This document shows positions 57,780 to 64,000 of a DNA stretch of 64,000 nt, piece after piece. A program made the translations under genes and the position numbers. The stretch's first letter is position 1, and every line of letters starts with the position of its first letter. The notes beneath the pieces were generated by a model. The model did no database searches. It saw only the letters and a program-made list of their open reading frames with translations, and was not told the DNA's origin. This stretch comes from Spirochaetia bacterium. GTDB taxonomy: Bacteria; Spirochaetota; Spirochaetia; UBA9216. The stretch is from positions 5,024,001-5,088,000 of the forward strand of contig OY776510.1 of the NCBI GenBank assembly GCA_963675665.1. The letters are read 5' to 3'.

Positions 57780-58604
57780 TTACTCCTTGATTGCGCCCAT
57801 GGTTAAACCGCGCACCAGATATTTCTGTGTAAATGCGATGAAAACTATAGGCGGTATAATCGAGAAAACGGCGATACTGGACAGTCTTCCCCAGTCCAGC
57901 TCAAAAACACCAAGCGAATTATAGAGTTCTATAGGCAGTGTCCTGATTTTTTCACCTGTAATGAAAACTGCAAATAAAAACTCATTCCACAACCCGATAA
58001 AAGCAAGACTGGATGCAGCAAATATTCCGGGCAGCACCATCGGGATAACAACATATCGTAATATCTGAAGCCTTGTACAGCCGTCCAGTTGGGCCGACTC
58101 TTCAACCGAAACCGGAACATCCTGAAAAAAACTGATCATCATCCATGTTATCAGCGGTAAAGCAACAACGACATACATTACAATGAGCGACAGGTAGGTA
58201 TCCAGCTTATCCAGTTTGTACCATATGATAAAATAAGGAATTACCAGCGATATCGGCGGTACTATTCTCAACCATAGCGTAGACTGGGACAGAACCTTCA
58301 GCCACCTGTTCTTAAACCTCGAGATTATATAACCGGTACAGACTCCCAGGCAGGTAGAAATTATTGTGGCGCTTACGCCAATTATCACACTGTTTTTTGT
58401 TGCTTTCAGAACTTCACGATTAGTAAACTGAACGATATAATTCTTCAATGTCGGCGAAAATAACCACTTCGGCGGCATCGCAATAGCATCAACATGGGTT
58501 TTAAATGAAGTAAAAAACACCAAAACAAATGGGAACAATGCAATGCAGACCATTAAAAAAATAAAAACATATTTGGCAGCTTTAATTAAGTTATATTTAT
58601 TCAT
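57780..58604 (-). CDS. Carbohydrate ABC permease (MalG-type)
   Basis: EESAQLDG EAA loop, WNEFLFA, GLTMGAIKE. Confidence 0.92.
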   Translation of the reverse strand: MNKYNLIKAAKYVFIFLMVCIALFPFVLVFFTSFKTHVDAIAMPPKWLFSPTLKNYIVQFTNREVLKATKNSVIIGVSATIISTCLGVCTGYIISRFKNRWLKVLSQSTLWLRIVPPISLVIPYFIIWYKLDKLDTYLSLIVMYVVVALPLITWMMISFFQDVPVSVEESAQLDGCTRLQILRYVVIPMVLPGIFAASSLAFIGLWNEFLFAVFITGEKIRTLPIELYNSLGVFELDWGRLSSIAVFSIIPPIVFIAFTQKYLVRGLTMGAIKE

Positions 58605-58617
58605 TTTATATTTCCTT

Positions 58618-59514
58618 TTACTCCGCGCCGAATTTGCTGTATTTAAGCAATGTGTTTATTAATACCATCACTAAGACGAAGAACATAAATGTAGAAGCGG
58701 AACTGTATCCTGTATGATAATAATTAAATGACTGCGCAGTTGCATACATTGAAATGTTTTCCGTGGTACTGCCCGGCCCTCCCTGCGTCAGGATATAAAT
58801 TTCATCAAATATTTTAATAACCGACATAAACCTGAAAATGCAGGCTACAACTATAACCGCCTTGATATTCGGTATTATCACCTGAAAAATTCTTTGTATA
58901 AAATTAACCCCGTCTATTTCTGCAGCCTCAAGGATGGAAACTGGAATAGCCGTTATTCCGGCATATAAAATAAGCATGATGAACGGCGTTCTTACTATAA
59001 CTTCCAGTACCATAATCGCAATGATAGCGTTAAACCTGCCTTCAAACAGAATGAATGGAGGAAGTTTCAACAGTTCCAGAAAATAATTAAGATAACCGGC
59101 ATAAGGGTGATAAATAAGATTCTTGAAAGTAAAAGCTACAACAACCGGGGCAATAATAAACGGAATCATTAATAAGGTCCTGACTACCGATGAATATTTT
59201 GATGAAAAGTCCTTACCCGCAAGAATATATGCATAAATAAACCCCAGGATCAGTTCAAGCCCGACGGCAACAATACCAAAAATAATTGTAAACGCTATTG
59301 AATATAAAAATCTGGTATCAGAAAACAGATGAAAATAATTTTTCAGCCCGATAAAATTTGTTTCTTTCTGGATCAGGCTGAAATCCGTCAGCGAAACAAT
59401 GAATGAATATAAAACCGGAACAAATCCTATAACCAGGATAATTATTCCGATTGAGATCGTAAATGTGTTTGCAAATTTTTTATCGTCTTTTTTTACTTCA
59501 TTCCAGGTAGACAT
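58618..59514 (-). CDS. Carbohydrate ABC permease (MalF-type)
   Basis: FIGLKNY, EAAEIDG, TQGGPG; start MSTWNE after AGGAG. Confidence 0.9.
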   Translation of the reverse strand: MSTWNEVKKDDKKFANTFTISIGIIILVIGFVPVLYSFIVSLTDFSLIQKETNFIGLKNYFHLFSDTRFLYSIAFTIIFGIVAVGLELILGFIYAYILAGKDFSSKYSSVVRTLLMIPFIIAPVVVAFTFKNLIYHPYAGYLNYFLELLKLPPFILFEGRFNAIIAIMVLEVIVRTPFIMLILYAGITAIPVSILEAAEIDGVNFIQRIFQVIIPNIKAVIVVACIFRFMSVIKIFDEIYILTQGGPGSTTENISMYATAQSFNYYHTGYSSASTFMFFVLVMVLINTLLKYSKFGAE

Positions 59515-59609
59515 AAAAGAACTCCTACATTTGTACACTTCACCTCGGAAATAACAGGACAAAACAGCAGGTCAAAGCGTCCATAATACTTAATTCGCGC
59601 TTCATTTAA

Positions 59610-59635
59610 ATGGAGGGGAGTTATCTCCCCTCCAT
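59610..59635 (-). terminator. Stem-loop after the binding-protein gene
   Basis: ATGGAGGGGA-GTTATC-TCCCCTCCAT perfect 10-bp stem. Confidence 0.6.
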
Positions 59636-59659
59636 CAAACGGAATTTTAAAATCATTTT

Positions 59660-61051
59660 TTATTTCACTGCAGATTTGACACCCAGTGCGGCAAGATATT
59701 TATCCGCGTCGGCGCAGGCTTCTTTTACAGTTTTAATACCGGAAACAACATTGTTCATCTCTTTGGATATGATATCGGCAATTTCAGCATATTTTACATT
59801 TGCTATTTGAGGAGACGGATTAATACCGTTATTCATCATCCAAAGCTGGCTGTCAATGAATTCCTGGCTGGGCATCGCAGCTAAATACTCCGGCGTTTTA
59901 TATGAAGTCTCCCTTCCGGGGGCCCCAAAAATTGCGCCGAATGCTTCATCGACGTTGGGAGAAGTCAGATACTCAATCAATAACCATGCAGCTTCTTTCT
60001 TTTTTGAGTCCTTATTAATACACCACCCCCATTCCCACAGGGGATCCTGTCCGCCGTCTTTCATTACGGTAGGAGTATAACCTACACGGCCGGCAACTGT
60101 TGACTTGGTTTCATCTTCCGCTGTTCTCCAGGATGTGTTTCCGGCGATTGCCATGGCAAGAAGTCCATGATTAAAAGCTTCCGATATATCAGGCCATGAC
60201 CAGTTTGCTGATCCCGGAGGCGCATATTCTTTCAGCCAGCCGGTGTAGAACTCCATGAATTCAATCCCTTTTGGTGTCTGGAGGTTGCTGACCATATTAT
60301 CGAAGTCTACCAAATCCAGCCCGTAACGGCTTGCAGAACAGAACATACTCCATCCGCCTTCGCTTGAACCGGGCAATGCCCTGTCTACATAAGCGTACGA
60401 ATTTATTTTTCCGTCCAGTCTGGCCTGATTAACTGCTTCTGTGACCTTTTCATATTCTTCCCATGTTTTCGGAGGCGACAAATCAAGCAATTCAAAAACA
60501 TCTTTCAAATAATAGATTAGATAATATTGTGCAGTCCACGGGATATATACCAGTTCTCCTGATTTCGCTCTGCCCGCATTCAGAACATCTTTGGAAAAGC
60601 CGTCAAGCTTATACCATTCCAGATCTGTTAATTCAGGATTATTCAGATACGGTTCAAGCGGTTCCAGGTACCCGGGCACTGCAAACTCTTCACGGTTGGA
60701 AATCCCGATAGCGGCGACATCATAATCCCCCCTGCCGGTTGCGAAATCAGCAAGCTGAAGCCTCTTTCTTTCCGAATCTACAATTTGAATAAAATGCACT
60801 TTTATTCCCGTCAGTTTTTCAAAATCTGCAAGCGGGGCCTTGAAATTATCTGTTGTGCTTGAAGCATAACTCAGTAAATTCAATTCCGTTCCGGCGCAAC
60901 GGGTCCAGTCGATATTTCCCCAGTCGCCGGGCAACCCTTCTATTACTATTTCTTCCGCAGATTCACCCTGACCGCCTGCGAAGGATAAAACAGGAGTAAA
61001 AAGCAGAACAATAGTAATTATAAGAAAACCTGTAAAACAGTTCCTTTTCAT
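59660..61051 (-). CDS. Carbohydrate (CUT1) ABC substrate-binding protein
   Basis: FAGGQGE; FEKLTGIKV, PKTWEE, W.INKDSKKKEAAW. Confidence 0.9.
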   Translation of the reverse strand: MKRNCFTGFLIITIVLLFTPVLSFAGGQGESAEEIVIEGLPGDWGNIDWTRCAGTELNLLSYASSTTDNFKAPLADFEKLTGIKVHFIQIVDSERKRLQLADFATGRGDYDVAAIGISNREEFAVPGYLEPLEPYLNNPELTDLEWYKLDGFSKDVLNAGRAKSGELVYIPWTAQYYLIYYLKDVFELLDLSPPKTWEEYEKVTEAVNQARLDGKINSYAYVDRALPGSSEGGWSMFCSASRYGLDLVDFDNMVSNLQTPKGIEFMEFYTGWLKEYAPPGSANWSWPDISEAFNHGLLAMAIAGNTSWRTAEDETKSTVAGRVGYTPTVMKDGGQDPLWEWGWCINKDSKKKEAAWLLIEYLTSPNVDEAFGAIFGAPGRETSYKTPEYLAAMPSQEFIDSQLWMMNNGINPSPQIANVKYAEIADIISKEMNNVVSGIKTVKEACADADKYLAALGVKSAVK

Positions 61052-61171
61052 AAATAATCTCCTTATTTTTATTAAACGCTGATTAAAAAATTAACCTCCT
61101 TTTTCTATTGTTTATGCTTAAACATTAAATCTCATCAGTCATTCTGAATGTATTTTGATGTTTAACCTTAT

Positions 61172-61234
61172 CTACACGTGTAGCTACTCGTGACCATAGA
61201 AGGAAGTATAAGCTCTTGATATAAAATTTGTCAA
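61172..61234 (-). promoter_or_regulatory. Promoter and second copy of the palindromic operator
   Basis: TTGACA-18-TATACT, then CTACACGTGTAGCTACTCGTG (61172-61192). Confidence 0.75.
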
Positions 61235-61295
61235 GCTTTTTGTGTTGACAAATATTCATTTTTTTTATTATATATAACTACCGAAGGGGGCCGCT

Positions 61296-62177
61296 ATGCT
61301 CGCAATCGCATTTGCTGTTATCAGTATGACCTGCGCGGCAATGAACGATTTCATTTTTAAAATATATTCAGGGAAAAAGAAATCAATCGGACTTTACATG
61401 ATTGTAATCGGTATTGTGTGGACATTTTTTTTCTTTTTCAGGTGCGGGGCTTATAAAACATTTCCCGCCTTGCTTTCCAGGGAACTGGTAACCTGGGGCG
61501 TTGTTTCGGGAATATTCTCCGCGGCCGCCAATATTATGCTGATAGAGGGCATGTCAAGAAATGATGTGGGCATATGCTCCGTTATATACAGACTGAATCT
61601 TGCTCCTGCAGCTTTGATGGCATTTATTATTCTAAGCGAAGAGATAACATTGGTTAAACTGGTCGGCATCACTCTTGCAATCGGGGCAACCCTGTTGTTT
61701 TTCAATCCGGCAAAAACCCGGGACGTCAATAAAAAATATCCGGATATCCCCGGCCTGTGGATTGTTGTTTCTGCAGCAATTCTCCGCGCAGGGATGGGGA
61801 TAATATATAAATTCGCATTAGTTCCGTCAGTGGATACCAACGCCTTTCTGGTAATGGGCGGACTGGTCTGGATTATTTCCGGAGTTATATATCATTATGC
61901 AAAACCCCAGGGGGCTTTTGATAAAAGAATGCTTTTTACAATAATTCCTTTCGGTTTGGTTTCAGGGCTCTTTATCTGTGGTATAGTATTATTCACAGCA
62001 CTGGCCCTGAAAGCCGGTCAGGCAAGCACGGTCTTGCCGGTAGCCCAAATGAGTTTTATAGTTACAGCAGCGGCAGGAGTCATTTTTCTTGGCGAATCAT
62101 TCGGGAAACGACAGGCAATCGGATTAGCCATGGGAATTTTGTGTATTGTTTTTATGGGTTTGGAGCATACTGGATGA
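61296..62177 (+). CDS. DMT/EamA family transporter
   Basis: Two EamA repeats, about 10 TM. Confidence 0.85.
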   Translation: MLAIAFAVISMTCAAMNDFIFKIYSGKKKSIGLYMIVIGIVWTFFFFFRCGAYKTFPALLSRELVTWGVVSGIFSAAANIMLIEGMSRNDVGICSVIYRLNLAPAALMAFIILSEEITLVKLVGITLAIGATLLFFNPAKTRDVNKKYPDIPGLWIVVSAAILRAGMGIIYKFALVPSVDTNAFLVMGGLVWIISGVIYHYAKPQGAFDKRMLFTIIPFGLVSGLFICGIVLFTALALKAGQASTVLPVAQMSFIVTAAAGVIFLGESFGKRQAIGLAMGILCIVFMGLEHTG

Positions 62178-62767
62178 AGCGCACAGCTAATAATGAACTT
62201 ATCGAAATCGGAATGAGGATTAAAGAAATACGGACCAGGCGCAACCTTACGCTTGCGGAGACCTCAAAACGGGCCGGACTATCAGCCGGTTTGTTGTCAA
62301 AAATAGAAAATTTCAGGACACTTCCGTCGTTACCGGTTCTGACTTCAATAGCAAGAGCGCTTGAGACGGATATGGCGGACATTGTCAGGGGAATCGGACA
62401 TGAAACAAAGGAAACTTCCTATATCCTTACAAAAGCCGGAGAACGGGAACGTATAAACCGTGACAATGCTGTCGGTTTTTCTTATGAATCATTGGGCTCA
62501 AGATATGAGAGCGATAATATAATTGAAGCCTTTACTCTTACAATAACTCCCGAAAGCAAACGTCAGGCTGTTACCACAGACGGAGAACAATTTCTGTTTT
62601 TACTCAAAGGAGAAATTGATTTTGAATATGGACGTGAGACAATACATATCGGCGAAGGAGACGCTTTGTTCTTCGACGGAAGAATTCCCCATCGGCCATT
62701 TTGCAGAAAGGGAAAAGAAGCGGTCCTCCTTGCACTGTATATTTTAAATAATAAAACTGATCAATAA
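62174..62767 (+). CDS. XRE-HTH + cupin transcriptional regulator (PuuR/SutR-like)
   Basis: IG.RIK..R...LTL...S...GLS...LSKIEN; cupin GEQF...GD.LFFDG..PH; ATGA overlap with the DMT gene. Confidence 0.88.
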   Translation: MKRTANNELIEIGMRIKEIRTRRNLTLAETSKRAGLSAGLLSKIENFRTLPSLPVLTSIARALETDMADIVRGIGHETKETSYILTKAGERERINRDNAVGFSYESLGSRYESDNIIEAFTLTITPESKRQAVTTDGEQFLFLLKGEIDFEYGRETIHIGEGDALFFDGRIPHRPFCRKGKEAVLLALYILNNKTDQ

Positions 62768-62784
62768 TATACAGCTATAAATTA

Positions 62785-63816
62785 TTACAAACATTCATAG
62801 GTAATAATATCAGGTTCAACATAATATTTTTCATTCACAGGTTTAATTTTTCTGAAAACAAATTTGAACAACAACTGAATTGCCATGGAACCCTGTCTCA
62901 AAGGGTTATGACATATGGAAAATTTCACAATTCCCTCTTCCATCAGTTTGATAACCGATGGAGACAATTCATGGCTTATTACCTGAACCTGAGAGTGCAT
63001 TTCACTGCTCTTCAAGGCTTTGCCAAGGCCTTCGGCTCCGGTGCCTGTTATATATATCCCTTTTAAATCAGGGTATTTTTTACAAATTTCAGAAACAAGT
63101 TTAAAAGAAAGCAAATCCTGCCCCAGGTTCTCTGCTGATTCAACAACTGTAATTGATGAGCCGGAACTCCTTAACCTGCGAAAAAACCCCTCTTCCCTGT
63201 ACTTTTGGCAGATAAATTCAGAAAAATCGGATATTATCGCAACCTTACTGTTCCGGGGAAGAATCAAATCAAACAAACCCGATGAAATTTCACCTGCCTT
63301 GCTGTCATCCTGTCCGACATGGCAGATCCGTCTGATGTTATCAAGGTCCTGGTAAAATGTTATAACCGGGATCCCGTTGGCCATTAATTCATTCAGTTTT
63401 TCTGCAACAGACTTTTCGAATACCTGAGCAATTGCAATGCCGTCGATACCCTGCTTTAACAAACAGTCAAGCTGTTTAAGTTGTTCAGAAGCATTAGAGG
63501 CAGTAGTAACTTCAATATTGAGTTCAATACCCCATGCACGCAGTTCTTCCACCTGAATAAAAACTTCTCTGCGAACTTCCTCAATCGAAGTTTGAATATT
63601 CGGCGAGATCATAACACCGAAAAACAGATTCCTTTTCCGGCAGACAAGAGCCTGCCCTGCAACATTCGGCGTATAGTCCAGGGCCTTAATAATATTATTA
63701 ACCCGTAAACGTACATCTTTGTTTACACCCGGCCTGTTATGAAGTACACGGTCAACAGTTCCGCGAGAGACTTCTGCTATTTCGGCAATTTCCTCCTGGG
63801 TAATCCTCATAACCAA
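62785..63816 (-). CDS. LacI family regulator (SRGTVDR subgroup)
   Basis: TQEEIAEIAEVSRGTVDRVLHNR HTH plus periplasmic-binding-fold sensor. Confidence 0.9.
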   Translation of the reverse strand: MVMRITQEEIAEIAEVSRGTVDRVLHNRPGVNKDVRLRVNNIIKALDYTPNVAGQALVCRKRNLFFGVMISPNIQTSIEEVRREVFIQVEELRAWGIELNIEVTTASNASEQLKQLDCLLKQGIDGIAIAQVFEKSVAEKLNELMANGIPVITFYQDLDNIRRICHVGQDDSKAGEISSGLFDLILPRNSKVAIISDFSEFICQKYREEGFFRRLRSSGSSITVVESAENLGQDLLSFKLVSEICKKYPDLKGIYITGTGAEGLGKALKSSEMHSQVQVISHELSPSVIKLMEEGIVKFSICHNPLRQGSMAIQLLFKFVFRKIKPVNEKYYVEPDIITYECL

Positions 63817-63856
63817 TCCAAAACCATTTTATACGGCCTGTTGCTGAAGTTCATCG

Positions 63857-64000
63857 CTATGTGAGAAGATTCTTTACAAATTTCAGCGACTGTTTTATCT
63901 GCAAATCATAATCATCAATCTGCATTATTTCGTGGTACAGGCTGACGGCGGATCCCACTTCTCCTCCCGGTTTAACAAACGGTTCCATTGAAATCGGGTT
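63857..64000 (-). CDS. C-terminus of a D-psicose/D-tagatose 3-epimerase family protein (partial, not in the ORF track)
   Basis: Manual translation NPISMEPFVKPGGEVGSAVSLYHEIMQIDDYDLQIKQSLKFVKNLLT*; MEPFV..GG.VG is the ketose 3-epimerase C-terminal motif. Confidence 0.7.
   Translation of the reverse strand, partial: NPISMEPFVKPGGEVGSAVSLYHEIMQIDDYDLQIKQSLKFVKNLLT

Noticed and set aside
57780-61051. Missing ATPase as a sign of a defective ABC system
   Set aside because: CUT1 importers commonly share an MsmK/MalK ATPase encoded elsewhere

Overview
A 64 kb bacterial chromosome segment, probably from an anaerobic, sugar-fermenting spirochaete. This is an inference from the 'FAGGQxE' N-termini of the solute-binding proteins, spirochaete-style lipoproteins and a TP0788-TP0790-like LolA/RND/barrel locus. 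I saw no rRNA, tRNA or CRISPR array. Contents: (1) 1-12.5 kb: DNA polymerase II, DMT transporters, a TiaS-N-like protein, surface lipoproteins and an intact IS110-family (IS1111-type) element at about 6460-7956. The element has sub-terminal inverted repeats, a duplicated TCT core and a circle-junction promoter. Its ~200-nt structured 3' non-coding RNA has internal loops that can be read directly as target and donor guides (bridge/seek RNA). The guides match the REP-like palindrome the element interrupted, and related empty palindromes lie at ~52.6 kb. (2) 12.6-26.9 kb: a glycyl-radical-enzyme locus linked by three copies of one LacI-type operator. It encodes an erythritol/apiose-type ABC importer with DUF2291, a GRE of unassigned specificity, its activase, an aldehyde:ferredoxin oxidoreductase and an unusual tandem class II aldolase. 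(3) 27-33 kb: a LolA-like/MMPL/outer-membrane-barrel/lipoprotein module. (4) 33.5-38 kb: a second monosaccharide ABC importer. (5) 38.8-64 kb: a large catabolic island with a CUT1 ABC importer, three GPH symporters, a tagatose-type ADH/kinase/4-epimerase module, a partial ketose 3-epimerase, an alkyl-DHAP-synthase-like flavoprotein with a CCG partner and two CrtI-like oxidoreductases. Two transcription units of this island share a 24-bp palindromic operator. All calls come from reading the sequence and recognising motifs; no database searches were run.
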